A stretch of 64,000 bases of DNA from Tubulanus polymorphus (GCF_964204645.1 NC_134032.1:9722275-9786274); one strand, 5' to 3'; positions 27,944 through 50,841 are shown, counted from the first letter of the stretch. Numbers and translations: made by a program. Notes: generated by a model from the sequence alone, not told the origin.

Positions 27944-30900
27944 GGTTGTCAGAACGATAACTTTTTGACAGCATCGCTGTGAATGTCCATTGTCTGGTGT
28001 TTGTGACGTTCATCGCAATTATTAAGAACGTCTCCGACGAAGAAGTGAACTAATGTAAAGTGTGAACTATCTAAAATTGGTGTTAACAAGGGTTCACGCA
28101 GTAGAACAAGAACATTCATTTGTACTTATTCCACTCTTAAGTCAATTTCAACTCGCACGCACCGAGCCTGGATATTGGAAAAAGAAACCTGATAAATGTC
28201 AAATGCCATTTCCTGAAGGGTGGGCATGTGACATCACTGGTAACCATTTACATCCATGCGCTATATAGGTGACGTCATCGAAAACACGACAGAAGCAGAC
28301 GATCGATTTTCGAGCACCTGTCGATCATAAACTTTCACCACTCGATTCAGTGATAATTCTCTCAAGTTACAAACGATCGATCTATAATACTGAATATCCT
28401 GTGTTTGCACTAGTGCACGCTGAGCAGTATACAGCTCGCGTGTGTTAATTCTTCTATAACAGGATTGCCTTCGAAATCGTATTCACAAAAACCCATCACG
28501 AATAGCCCAACGCATACGGCGCAAGGAAACGCGGAAACACGGAATCAAACATGTTCATGAGCATTGTTTCCCGAAACCACGTTTCTCGTTAAAACGCACA
28601 CGGCACGCAGGAAAATGCTCAGAAATACATTTCTGACGCCGATGTCCAAGTTTCCTGGCATCGTGCGCTAGTATGAAAGACTTGCCTAATGTCTGGGACC
28701 AGCGGAAATGCTGTTGAACGGCGATGCGTTTCTGACTCTGTCAATAGACCATCGCGCATCATGACGATTGTCGATAGTTAAGACCAGAAAATTCGTTTTT
28801 CGTTTTGAATGTGTAAATAAGTTTCAATCATATTGTATAAGCAATCTTGTTGACCAGACGCTACCCTGATGTCAACGACCGGTGGAGGGCTACCTTAATT
28901 CTCATTCAGACTTTGATACCAATTGATATCGACCTTGGTGCATGTAGTAGTTTTGGCCAGAATTCAATATCTAAAATAGCAGTCTAATTGAAAATGAACT
29001 ATAAGCCATTCTGATTACATGTATGAGCATATTTTGATATCTTTGAGAATTATTGAGCTCTCAGAAGCGTACTACTTCTCGTAGACATTGGTGGTAAATC
29101 AGGCCTGCTTATTTTATCTCGGCTGTTTAAGGCTACTCCTGGATTCTACCATTTCGAAAAAGCCACCCATGCGTGTTAAGCTATTCAAATGATATCCGTA
29201 TCCGGTACGCGTGCATGGATAAGCGACAAGTTTGATGTTTGGATACTTAAAAATATTGTGTAACAGCTTGGGCTGAAATAGCAAAATCCTGACGCACGAT
29301 GAACTTGTATTGAACTCATTGTTATCTGGGCGGGACCCCCGTGTCTGGGTGCATACGTGTGGACGTATATAGAAATACGTATGAGAAATTGTAGACAAAC
29401 TAAAAAGGGTCGTCTCTATGCACGAGCTCATAATCCATCCTGGTGGTGGGGAATTCTAACGTCCCCCCCCCCCCAAAGATTTCAGGTCGTTTAGTCGGAA
29501 TAAAGTAAAAAACCCACAAAATAATGCGAAAACTGAGATGAGAATTTTACGTTTCGGTCTCATTCTACAGGCCATTTTCAAAAACAGAAAATGGCCCATA
29601 GCATTGGGCGGAAACAAATTCTCATTATGTTTTTCATTATATATTGGGTCTTCATTATTAGACAGTCATATGTCCGCGGAAACCAACATATAGGCTACTT
29701 GACACTGAAAATATGAAAAAAAATTATCATGGGTAGGCCACAACGAAAGGTCTGCATTGAGATCATAAAACGCTTTTACGCATTTATGTTTGAAAAACTA
29801 TTAAGTACATTTTACATATACATCGATCAAACACAACGGCTGTTGCAGTCTGTACTTATCTGAACTTCATTCTCCCACAATAAGCTTAAAAACCCCATTC
29901 ACCAACATAAAAAAACATCTAAGCGGATTAAACCTGCACAATTTGTACAATTGGGTCCAGTTCCACAGTTCTGAGTTAAGATTTGACCCTGGGTTAAAAC
30001 ATTGAAAATGAACTAACTTTAACTCAGAGTTAACTCTAACTCACAATTACTGTGGAACTGGATCCGGGGTCTGAATTCAAATTAAACCCATAAAACTGTA
30101 GAAGTTGATTCAGCGAGATAAATTAAATGCATACCACCGTGGAACCGAGCCCGGGGTCACATTGAACTGAATACTGTGGATTGGTTGCTGGATCCAGAGT
30201 CAAGCTCAACCCACGAAACTTTGGAATTTGATTCAAAGACAAATTAAACCCATACAAACTGTGGACCTGGGCTTAGAGACAAATCAAACCCCCGTGATTG
30301 TGGAACTGAGTTTAGAGGTAAACCAAACTCACTGGCACTGGGTTTAGAGACAGATAAAACCTACACAAGTGTGGAACTTGGTTCGGAGACAAATTAAACC
30401 GACACATAACTGTGGAACTGGATTTAGAGTCGAATTGAACCCGACTGCGATATGTTACCAGTCTCCTATGCAATCTGGCTAAATACATAATTACTACTTC
30501 CGTCTGGATCCACGCGCGGCGTACCTGACAATTTATATATTCAAAATGTAAAGTATGTTTTGTCAATACAAATAAGAGTGCAAACCAAAAGTAATTCTAT
30601 AGTAAAACGTCGATGTATAATTAGTTCCTGCGAGCATGTGTCCTGTAAGAGCAGTACTATTATAAAGCTGCCTGTCTGCGCCGCTGAACTCATGTCAATA
30701 CTAACTTTACCCGTGGGAAAATCAAATAAACTCTTATTATATCTCTATTCTATAACGAACGCTAAACACGCCGCTGCAAAAATAGATCGCCATTGGTCCA
30801 ATCACACTGTTCATTATATGCTTACCTTTGAATTTTATCATCACGTGATTGATGGATACGCGTATACAGCGCCGTCTGCTGGGCGTTTGGAGAACTGTAA

Positions 30901-33269
30901 GCGACGAGCCGTTCTTCCGGTTGGGATCGGCTAAAAGGGTGACCACTTGAGTCTCTTGGTATTAATCCAAATACAATTCCTATTCGGTTCTTCTTGTGAA
31001 ATTCAGTTTCCCGCAGAGTATTCAGCTTTTTTCCACTTTTATGAGACTTGTGGTGAATTCCTCCATTAGATTCTGGAGTAATCCCGGCCGATCTGCACGA
31101 ATCTATTTTCTAGCGCTGCGCATTCCAGGCAGTTCTTCGACCTTTCGAACGGTAGAAAATGCAACAGATCTGCTTATTGGGTCTTCGTAATCCACAAATC
31201 CACGTGGATCGAAATGCCGATCGTTTCGGGCGGTAGCGCACGAATTGGCAAATCCGTGCTAATCCACGGATATGATATTATGAAATTTATGACTAAGTAA
31301 CAGACAATCCTGCACTGGCACACGATAATCTAGAGTAGTTCGTGTGTATATAGTTATTGCAAGAACGAACCTAGACGATGTTTCAAAATTTACACACAAT
31401 CTAAGTACGAATGCAAAACGCTTACCCAGGGATGGATCCAAAATAAAACGGTCATTTTTATCTGCGAATCAATTGAAATTTTAGCGTAGACATATACTAT
31501 CGACGTTTATGAAGCGAACGTGTACTGCAGTAGTAGGTAGTTATTTCCAGTAGTAGTTGTTAAAAGCCAGCTGCTTACTAACACTGCTTCACTGATGTAG
31601 TAGTGCTCCGGCGGGAAGCCTGTACGGTATGGCGCGGCGCGCGCGCGCGTGGTTGGTATAGCTCTACACGCAACCAGCCGTCTAAGACGCTTTGCCAATC
31701 GTCCAGTTCGACTTAGTGTTTGTAACGCGATCATCCTATTCGCTCGGAAATTAAAGAATTCGAGGATTGTACGCTAGATTCCATTGGCGGCAAGCTCAAA
31801 TTTGGTTAAGGCCATGTTCACTTTTCAAGGCCATATCGCCACATCCAGAAACGGCTTGAAATCATCCAGCTAGCGGCAAACGACCTGCAGTGAAGGCCGA
31901 TGCCACCATCTGCGCTTTGTCACCGTCCAGTTGTTTTTGTTTTAGTAAAGCGGTCATCTAAATCGATCAGTGAATAAAGAATTCAATGATTTATGTCAGA
32001 CTCCGCACTTTCAAGGCGATCACCACATCGCCATCGCCATAAAACACACCGTTAGTTCGAGGGGCCACTTTTAGTTGGATTTCCCATACGGCTTGCAATC
32101 ATCTAGGCCAGCGAACGATCTGTAGTGAACTGCCCACAATGGATTGGCTACAGTGCTTTTTCGCCTCTGTTCTTGGCGTGAACATATGCCATCACATGCA
32201 CAGCGAGGGGGCTTTGAAATGTTTTTGCAACCCCTAACTTGTGACGAGGACCCTCTAGATTTAAAATACATGTACATGCAATTGGCAATGCCAGACGATT
32301 TTACATTTGTAAGCATTTCTAGAGAACAAATATATCAACAATTATCTTTGGTGTACATGTGTATGTAATTCGTTTAGAAAAAAACATTTGACATTTATTT
32401 ACCATAAACTAGACATTATTTTCAATAAAATTTACATTCAATTTCTTAATGCGAAACAATTCGAGAACGTTGTTATTCATATTTTTGAAACAATCGGATT
32501 ACAATTTCATCTGCACGTACAATTTAAAATAAGCTCACGAAATTTTTTACAATGATTTTAAAATGGAAAATATTAAGCATATTCTATATATCATCTGTTT
32601 CACTAAAATATCAAATATGATTGAGACAATGTGTTTTAGTTTACAGCTGTAGCGCTCCGGAGACACCTTGCCCACCTGGAACGGGTCTGGAAATATAGTC
32701 AATCTGACAATTTCAATACTCAACGCCCCCTGGTGAACACAGGAACCAATGATATATATCTTCCTTATAGTCGCCACAATCATAGACCACGTCGTAAGCT
32801 ATTACTTTGCAACAAATTGGTGACAAAACACGCATAGATCCCGATATAAATGGAAGTGCGGCGTAATTTCACCATTCAACGCCCCCTGGTGAACGTATGC
32901 ATAAGCCAATGATCGTGGAAATCAGCACGCCGATAAATAAACGTGTCACGATCTACAGCTATTGATAGCAAAAAACAAAATATGCATGATAGGTACCAAT
33001 ATAAGTCGAAAATTATAATGTACATGTACATGTATTTCAATAGTTAACTCTCCCTGGTGGGGAGAATTCCAAAATTCCATGAGTAGGCCTTGTTAGACGT
33101 ATCCAATACATATATTCCATGGGAGCGGGTGTGTCATTGACGACAAGTTTAAACCTGTTGACATTTTCTTTAAAAAATCATTCTCCAGAAAAACAACTGA
33201 TTAAATATATACGAGTTGGCTGGCAGCGTAAAAATTGACTGATCCAAAAACCTGGCGGATATTCTTTAC

Positions 33270-33580
33270 TCAAATTTCAATGTAATGTAGGCTATATGAC
33301 AAACCATTAAGAACTGAAGTGACATTTTTGGAACCCATGAAAACCTTCAATGTGCCCAGTACTGACCTACCACAATTGCCACAAGTTATCTCGATTCCAA
33401 TCGGACCGATTTGTGGGCTCCAGATGCAAATACATAAACCAAATATCAAGTCCACACATCCACAGAGCGTGTCAAAAACATCCCAATGAAACTACATAGA
33501 TTCTGCCGATGAACGGGCTGATAACGGACGAAAAGTGAACGCAAAATAGCCCGCTGGGCACTTCACCCCGGTTTGCTACA
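33270..33580 (+). mobile_element. Possible Helitron/HINE (DINE-1-like) 3' fragment
   Basis: Ends in the short subterminal stem-loop tagcccgctgggcacttcaccccggtttgcta followed by an A-rich flank; resemblance only. Confidence 0.3.
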
Positions 33581-35775
33581 AACGACTGTTCAACCCGCGG
33601 TACAAAACTAGATCAACCAAACCAAAAATGACTTACCTTATCGAAGTAATACAAAGATAAGTATAAATAGAATCACAAAAAAACTTACCTCACCTTAAGA
33701 GAACTTAACGACAGACAGTTAACTCGGAGCCCACCCAGATCTAGCAATAAGGCTTAAGATTTTACCGACACACTTCTTACCGATAGTATATATACAATAC
33801 ACGTGAAATTGTGTAGGCCAACTTGATACGAGAGACCCATCTAAAATTATTTTTTATATTTTCACTCAAGGCAGGCCCTAGGGCAGAGGGAGATTTGACC
33901 TTCTAATACTGAGGCTCTCGAAGCGTATCAGATCACTGAACCCACGTGCTGAAACGCGTCTCGGGTTACGAAGTTGCAGCGCTGACCCGAATAAGACAAA
34001 ACCTCGCTCGCCATCGGGTAGACGGAGGCGCTCATCGACGGTGAAAGTTTGGAAGGCCATAATTTCTTCGATTTCCTCCAATCAGAGAATATCTGGGGGT
34101 ACAGGCTCACCAGCGAATTGAAATCAAGCCACATCTTACAGAAGTAGAATTCAGCCCGTACTTTCTGACGTGGAGAATAGATAAGTTCAAAACGTCCGCT
34201 ATCTACAAAGATCAAAAGCTAATTTTATTTATCAAAATGAAATCGATAGACACGACGTTTCGAACGAGTGTCTTTTGATTTAAATATTTGATAGGTACGG
34301 AAGAGCAATGCGGCCAACAACATTTTATTATCTATTTCAAAAGTCGACTTTTCGAATTAGTAAGTCGCCTTATCAATGGTTACCGCTCAAACTGCGGCAA
34401 GATTTGGGGGTTTGTACCGACCCGATATGCTGACGCGCGCGTGACAAAAAAAACCCCAGCAATTCAACAGTCCAAAACAACTACGGACGGAAAGAAACAT
34501 TACGATAAATACAAATAATAATCAAATATCAATATATATTTTTCAATAATAAACAATGAATTTTATTTACAATATACAATGTATAACACAATTTCGAACA
34601 TATTATCAAAGTTCCACCAACTAACATTTTCATCAGTGGGATTTTTCGTAATCATTTCAATTTTTTTTCATTAATCATAAATATTCATTAAAATATTTCC
34701 TAAATGCATATAACTTTTTTTCGCGTCCAACTTTTACATAATATTCACAACGCTCGGCGACTAAACACGCGTTTCGAAAATTTTTACTAAGAAGTTCTTG
34801 AATCAAACTCTTAATCATCAGTATTTGCCACCAACTCGGAGGTCACCACTGTTGCAACTTGAAAACAAATAACCTTCCTGTCAATAACTAGTTGATAGCC
34901 TAGTTTTTTTTGAAAGCTGAAACAAGTTTTGTATATCAAAAACCAATTCTTAACTTCAACTGAAACTCTTAACTCAGTATTTGCCACCGACTCGGGGGTT
35001 GCCACGGTTAACAACTCGAAAATAAATAACCTTCCGATCAATCGCTTCGATTGATAACCTATTTACATTTAACAACATTTTGTTCTTGTTTTCCGTCGAG
35101 AAATATGAAGAGAAGGTGAACTTAGAAAAGTTTTCCGGGGCAAGAAAGAACGAAAAGTCCCCGACGACGAAACACGTAGAATAGAAACGTTCCAGAAAAA
35201 GATGTCAACCTTCGTAAATCAACCTGACATTAAAACATCGATGACGCAATTGCTCTACGGACACTTCCAGAAAAGATGAATCTCCTTATGACATAATCAA
35301 ATTACTCCCATTGACTCTTTCAGGCAAGATGGCTACCCCTGTAAATCCCAACCCGATGATACCATCAAATAACACCCATAGACACTTTCATAACAGATGG
35401 CTAAATCCAACTCAACTGTCTCAGATCCGAAAAAGTTCCCGATTCGTGATCCGGGGTTCGCCGGGCAAAAACTGCGTGAGGCCCGAAGGTACGCCTGATC
35501 GTACGTCAGGGCCTCGTTCACGACTGTGTTAGACCCGCGTGCCCTGATTATCTAGCGATCGACGTGATGGTTTTAAAAACACTTAAAAACAAGATTCGAA
35601 ATCTCGCGTAAAAATATCCGCCACCACACGCGGAACGACGAGAAAAATTGCCCCCGCTTCGCTCTGACCCGACCTGGCGGAGTGACCGGCGTGGTAGTCC
35701 GGGCGGACACCTCTCGGAGACAACATCGATACGAACACTTTTAACCGGTCGCAAGCGCCGGACTTAGAATCGGTC

Positions 35776-44466
<8,691 letters not shown>

Positions 44467-45330
44467 TATATTCGGACAAGCCGTGTGAACTACGTCATCG
44501 TTTTACGCGCACTTTTACTTATTTTGCAACTCGAAACGAATCGTCGATAGCAGAAGATTTCATATGAACATAATTTATTATTTTTTTATTGAATCTAATT
44601 AATCAAAAGGATACTAATATAAAGCAGAGTAAAGGGTGGAATAAGATTAAAAGAGGTAGATTGGAAAAAATAAGGTCTCGTCATTTCGTTTTTCAATCCA
44701 CGCTTTAGATGCTCATAACCCGGAAACGTGTTGAAAAGAGTTGCATATGAGCTATCCACGTTCCCCTCTCGACCCGTTACTCTCTCGACCCGTTCCCGTC
44801 TCGACCCTACCGTACGATAGCGCCACCACAGTCGATTATTTGAACCATAACACTTGCGCGTATCGGATTCGGTTTTCACAGAACGATCAGTGACACTTCC
44901 CAACAATTTTAGAACTTGATTAGATTCTTTAAACTTTTGATTGAAAAGATCGAATGAGGAAATCACCTCCAATGTGAAGAAAAGTAAAAATTCAGGATGC
45001 GAAAAACAATTTCCCGTCGAAATTTCCTCCCAGAATCTGGGAAGAATATATTCACTGTTTAAAAGCTTTACACTAATTTCAAATGAATTACACGAGTTGA
45101 ATTATTTTGGTTTCTTAGAAATAAAATCAACTTTATTTAAATCCTTCAAACCATGTTCCTAAAAACGACCCAGCCCGCGGCATTTTAATTGGGACATGTT
45201 TCATTGTGCCATTTATCAATTCAAATGTAATTCATCAAATTTATGAAAAAAAAATTATTGTATAAATTTTGCAAAAAAATTAAGATCTTGTTCAATTTTA
45301 TGACGCGTTGATTTCTAGATCACGTTGTTC

Positions 45331-46365
45331 CCCACACCATGTTCCCGTCTCGACCCTTCAAATCTGGCTCTACTCTCTACACAGTCCCGTGGACCCTATG
45401 TTCCCGTCTCGACCCTTCACATCTGTCTCCACTCTCTACACAGTCCTGTGGACCCTATGTTCCCGTCTCGACCCTTCACACCTGTCTCTACTCTCTACAC
45501 AGTCCCGTGGACACCATGTTCCCGTCTCGACCCTTCTAACCTGTCTCTAGTCTCTACACAGTCCCCTGGACACCATGTTCCCGTCTCGACCCTTTAAACC
45601 TGTCTCTACTCTCTACACAGTCCCGTGGACACCATGTTCCCGTCTCGACCCTTCAAAACTGTCTCTAGTCTCTACACAGTCCCGTGGACACCATGTTCCC
45701 GTCTCGACCCTTCAAATCTGTCTCTACTCTCTACACAGTCCCGTAGACACCATGTTCCCGTCTCGACCCTTCACACCTGTCTCTACTCTCTACACAGTCC
45801 CGTGGACACCATGTTCCCGTCTCGACCCTTCTAACCTGTCTCTAGTCTCTACACAGTCCCCTGGACACCATGTTCCCGTCTCGACCCTTCACACCTGTCT
45901 CTACTCTCTACACAGTCCCGTGGACACCATGTTCCCGTCTCGACCCTTCTAACCTGTCTCTAGTCTCTACACAGTCCCCTGGACACCATGTTCCCGTCTC
46001 GACCCTTTAAACCTGTCTCTACTCTCTACACAGTCCCGTGGACACCATGTTCCCGTCTCGACCCTTCAAAACTGTCTCTAGTCTCTACACAGTCCCGTGG
46101 ACACCATGTTCCCGTCTCGACCCTTCAAATCTGTCTCTACTCTCTACACAGTCCCGTAGACACCATGTTCCCGTCTCGACCCTTCACACCTGTCTCTACT
46201 CTCTACACAGTCCCGTGGACACCATGTTCCCGTCTCGACCCTTCAAAACTGTCTCTAGTCTCTACACAGTCCCGTAGACACCATGTTCCCGTCTCGACCC
46301 TTCAAAACTGTCTCTAGTCTCTACACAGTCCCGTAGACACCATGTTCCCGTCTCGACCCTTCACA
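45331..46365 (+). repeat. ~60-bp satellite array (about 17 units) inside the Sola-like element
   Basis: Unit ccatgttcccgtctcgacccttcaaacctgtctctactctctacacagtcccgtggaca; source of the MFPSRPF... ORFs. Confidence 0.97.
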
Positions 46366-48104
46366 TCCGTTTCTAGACAGTTTCTGGGATACTCTGACAT
46401 ATCTAATCGGCTTGTAATATTTCCACTCAGTGGGACGAGCCTTTAAAAAAGATGGAAATTAATATTAAAATTGGTCGAATATTCATTGATTAAAAAGATG
46501 AGAAATCTACAAAATCGATGCCGACGGATACATGTATACATAAGGAAAATTTCTACAATTTTCAATCAAACTCAGTGAAATTTTCAGGAATATGCACCAT
46601 ACACATTACAATGAAAACTCATTAGAACGAACTCAAAGAACCAGAAGATTACAACCGACATTGTCCTAATAGTCGAAATTCTAGATTTTTGATAATCGAT
46701 AATTCGGTAGGTATATCAGAAGTATAACTAGGCTACAATGTTCCTTGGCTGAATCCCATGGTCTTCAATACGAAAGGCTTTCATTCTCATCTTAATTTTC
46801 TTTTTTTTTGACGCCTTATAAAACGTTACCATTATGAAACCTAAACAATGCTAACCATTCAGCGTCATTTTACAAACGACAGCCGTAAATCGATGTGCAA
46901 AACGTCACAGGTTTATGTGTACACAAACAAGCTATCTGGCAAAATATTATTGACATAGATGTAGAATGGCTTCCTGTGATTATATAATGACCTATATTTG
47001 AACGTCGAAATGTTATATTGCATTAAATATCATTAGAAGACGTATTGTAATAGTAAAGGATGTATGATTATATCAGAAGCGGCAGGCATAAATAGAAATG
47101 ATAAGTAAATCGGATTATTCGGTTAAATGGCGGATGTATACACGATGCAGAAGTCTGATATAAAAGTCAGACCCTGACGTGGGCATGCCGGTGGAATGAC
47201 GAAGCTATCTACGATGTGTGTAGGGCCGGCGTGAATTTCATCAGCGGCTACAAGCGGTCAATATGAAAATGTGTAAACATATAATTTCAATATTCAATCG
47301 TTTGTGAAAATATGTTTGATATTAGGAGTATGCAAGTTTCGTGAGATTAGCAATTTATAATAGCATAGCTGTCATATACGGCTCCGCGTCCTCTGATGGC
47401 ATGTGTATTAGGTGACAATTCAATTCAATTCTTTATTGATCCTTATTACATTGAAATTCCGGGATAAAATTCCCAAATTCAATAAATACAAATTTTGAAA
47501 TAAATTAATACAACATACATGACACACGGGTAATTCATACAGAACAACATAAGCATGTTATTTTAAATGACAATGTCTACTTCAACCCACCCAGACTCAA
47601 GACTCTAGGATATCGAGTGACAGCCAAACCCGTGGCCCGGGCCCGGGGACCGGGCCGGCTGGCTAGGCCACACGATATGCTCGAAGTCATGATGAAGCAG
47701 ACATCAGAAGAGCTCTTTCTTCATCCATGGAGGCAATGAAGTTGCAGACCAGCTTAGAGGCATAAGTAAATGAAGTCGGTCGCAAGTTCGCGATCAATTA
47801 TTGAGAATTTTCAATAAAAAAATTTAAACCACTACTAGAGTCGAAGACCTGTATCATCTACCCAATCGCCAAATCTCATCATTCCCCAAATTTCTTAAAA
47901 CTTCGATTTCAAATTTGCAATTCCACATTAGCTTAGCCCAGAAATTCTACACTTTTTTCTCAGGCGTCAAATAATTTTCTAAAATTAATTTTCTTGTTTC
48001 TGCCTGTTGTAGCCCGACAAATCGTGAATGACAAATCATTACTTATATCGAAATATCTTGATACAAGATACGTAACACCATCTTAATGGCTTCACTAAAC
48101 CTGT

Positions 48105-49535
48105 GTCCACTAAAAATGTCGAGACGGGAACATGGTGTCCACAGGACTGTGTTGAGAGTAGAGACAGGTGTGAAGGGTCGAGACGGGAACATAGGGTCCA
48201 CGGGACTGTGTAGAGAGTAGAGACAGGTGTGAAGGGTCGAGACGGGAACATAGGGTCCACGGGACTGTGTAGGGAGTAGAGACAGATTTGAAGGGTCGAG
48301 ACGGGAACATAGTGTCCACGGGACTGTGTACAGAGTAGAGACAGGTTAGAAGGGTCGAGACGGGAACATGGTGTCTACGGGACTGTGTAGAGACTAGAGA
48401 CAGGTTAGAAGGGTCGAGACGGGAATGTTGTGGGGTTGCTTTCGGTTCTCCAACAATGTTGTGGAGTTGAGTTTCTCAACCAATTGTTGTGGGGTCACGT
48501 TGCGTTCTCCCCTCGTGTTGTCGTTGTTGGTTCCGATTAATCCGATAAGTGATATCCCTCTGACTCCGGAATAATAACAACTCTTCTCGTGGGTCTACGT
48601 TCTTTCTTTATTTTCCCGCACAATTCTTATTCCTTCCTACAGCTCGTATTTTTAGGCTTCTCCGCCACTCTAGCATCTCTCTCCCCCTTACTGTGCTGAC
48701 CCTCCCTTTTTATCTTATATCATGTTACTCGTGACGTATACTTCTACATATGTTATACGTCACGAGTTTATTACTTGTTTACTTCCTAGCCATACCAGAG
48801 CTCAAGGCTGCCGCTATAACCAGCAACCCTACGCAGATACTCACGTCACTTTCACCTATCTTCTATTCAGTGTCTGGTGTGCGACGTAAGCATCTACGTA
48901 GGTTGTTTACTAACTTCAGCCACTGCCCTGAACTCTGGCTTCCCTCCCTCTATGCAAACTACTAATTTATCACCCCAATAGGAACATGGTGTCCAGGGGA
49001 CTGTGTAGAGAGTAGAGACAGATTTGAAGGGTCGAGACGGGAACATAGAGTACCTGTCCACGGGACTGTGTAGAGAGTAGAGACAGATTTGAAGGGTCGA
49101 GACGGGAACATAGTGTCCACGGGACTGTGTAGAGAGTAGAGACAGGTTAGAAGGGTCGAGACGGGAACATGGTGTCCACGGGACTGTGTAGAGAGTAGAG
49201 ACAGGTTTGAAGGGTCGAGACGGGAACATGGTGTCTACGGGACTGTGTAGAGACTAGAGACAGGTTAGAAGGGTCGAGACGGGAACATGGTGTCCAGGGG
49301 ACTGTGTAGAGAGTAGAGACAGGTGTGAAGGGTCGAAACGGGAACATGGTGTCTACGGGACTGTGTAGAGACTAGAGACAGATTTGAAGGGTCGAGACGG
49401 GAACATAGTGTCCACGGGACTGTGTAGAGAGTAGAGACAGGTTTGAAGGGTCGAGACAGGAACATAGTGTCCACGGGACTGTGTAGAGACTAGAGACAGG
49501 TTTTGAAGGGTCGAGACAGGAACATAGGGTCCATG
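48105..49535 (-). repeat. Inverted copy of the ~60-bp satellite array, split by a solo LTR
   Basis: Reverse-complement units at 48105-48425 and 48981-49535. Confidence 0.95.
48426..48980 (-). mobile_element. Solo LTR (Gypsy-like) inserted in the satellite
   Basis: Interrupts a repeat unit with a 4-bp duplication GGAA (48422-48425 / 48981-48984). Termini TGTTGTGGGG ... CCCCAATA; AATAAA on the minus strand near 48607. Confidence 0.7.
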
Positions 49536-49920
49536 GAGAAAGACCCACGGGATCTGTAGAGAAAGATAACGCGTCATGAATTTAACAATCATCTTTATTT
49601 TTTTTGCAAAATTCAGACATTAATTTTCTTCATAAATTTGATGAATTCGAATTGATTAATGGCAATAAACATGCCCCAAACAAAATGCCCCGGGCCGGGT
49701 CGTTTTTTGAAAAAAACGGTTTGAGAGATTTAAAGAAAGTTGATTTTATTTTTTAGAAACCAAAATAATTACACTCGTGTAATTCATTCAAGATTATATT
49801 TGAAACTAGTTTAGCTTTACCAGTAAATATATATTATTTCTGGGAGGAAATCTCGACGGGAAATTGCTTACTTCGCATCTTGAATTTTTACTTCTGTTGA
49901 CATTGGAGGCGTTTTCTTGG

Positions 49921-50118
49921 TAAGTGCAGATCCACACCTCTCGTGATTGACGCAATCTGCTGAATGACAGAATCCAGGCTAAAATCTTTCTAGTGAAGAT
50001 ATCTAAAAATTAACCAATGGCAAACCACTGAATTGCTGAATTTTGAATCTGAAATACGTGTTGATATTAAATGTAATTGATTGAACCGTTTACGCGGGGA
50101 GGTGCGGATCTGCACTTA
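49921..50118. mobile_element. MITE nested in the right TIR of the Sola-like element
   Basis: TIR taagtgcagatccacacctc / gaggtgcggatctgcactta; absent from the left TIR. Confidence 0.8.
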
Positions 50119-50607
50119 AGCTTATACCGTTTCCATCATTCGATCTTTTCAATGAAAAGTTTTCAAAAATCTAATTTGATTTTTTAAAATTGTTGGTAGG
50201 TTCACATGCGAAAAACGAATCCGATACGCGCCGTAGTGTTTTAGTTCAAATAATCGACTGTGGTGGCGCTATTGTACGGTAGGGTCGAGACGGGAACGGG
50301 TCGAGACAGTAACGGGTCGAGACGGGAACGTGGATGGCTCATATATATATATGCCCATAGCTGGAATTGTCGGACTAATGGACCGGACTTTGGTAACATG
50401 TACTCCTATTGATTCGGACTGGGGTTGAAATGTGTTCAGATAATCAGTTTTCCGATGAAAATCATCAGTATTACGAATATTTTTGAATTCATTTAACATT
50501 TAGATGCACGGTTGCAGAATGAATCTTTTCGATGATAATTTAAATTAGTCTCGAGTTAGGCCTAGTGTTTGACCCACGCATGAGGTTAACCCCATTTGGG
50601 GTTAGAT

Positions 50608-50841
50608 CACAGGGACCTGACAAAAAAATTTTTGACCCCAGTATCCTAGGTACTATCCTCTTTATGTATTTTTGGTACTATATATAAAAAGACTTGAAGC
50701 GGATTGGATTATCAATAACGAAGTTACGAACTGTTGAAGTGACATACCTGTACAGATCTGACGGAGAGTTGGCTCCTTGTTTTTTTTATATATAGTACCT
50801 AGGATACTGGGGTAAAAAATTTTTTTTGTCAGGTCCCTGTG
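50608..50841. mobile_element. MITE with 8-bp TSD (P-element- or hAT-like)
   Basis: TIR cacagggacctgacaaaaaaa...ccccagtatcctaggtactat and its reverse complement; TSD ggttagat at 50600-50607 and 50842-50849. Confidence 0.9.

Larger units (their letters stand above)
44749..50340. mobile_element. 5.6-kb non-autonomous long-TIR DNA transposon, Sola (Sola2-like)
   Basis: Termini GAGCTATCCACGTTCCC ... GGGAACGTGGATGGCTC flanked by ATAT on both sides (4-bp TSD). Imperfect TIRs of ~560 bp (44749-45310 vs 49570-50340). GAG/CTC ends, a 4-bp TSD and long TIRs fit the Sola superfamily. No transposase ORF found. Confidence 0.75.

Noticed and set aside
33878-34215. Possible exon on the minus strand (acceptor-like ctttgtag) downstream of WDR48
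   Set aside because: Translation not recognisable and no partner exons could be assembled.
45308-49592. Many ORFs with MFPSRPF/PCSRLDPS repeats; also considered as a CRISPR-like array
   Set aside because: Translations of a 60-bp satellite; units are near-identical throughout with no unique spacers, there are no cas genes, and the context is eukaryotic.
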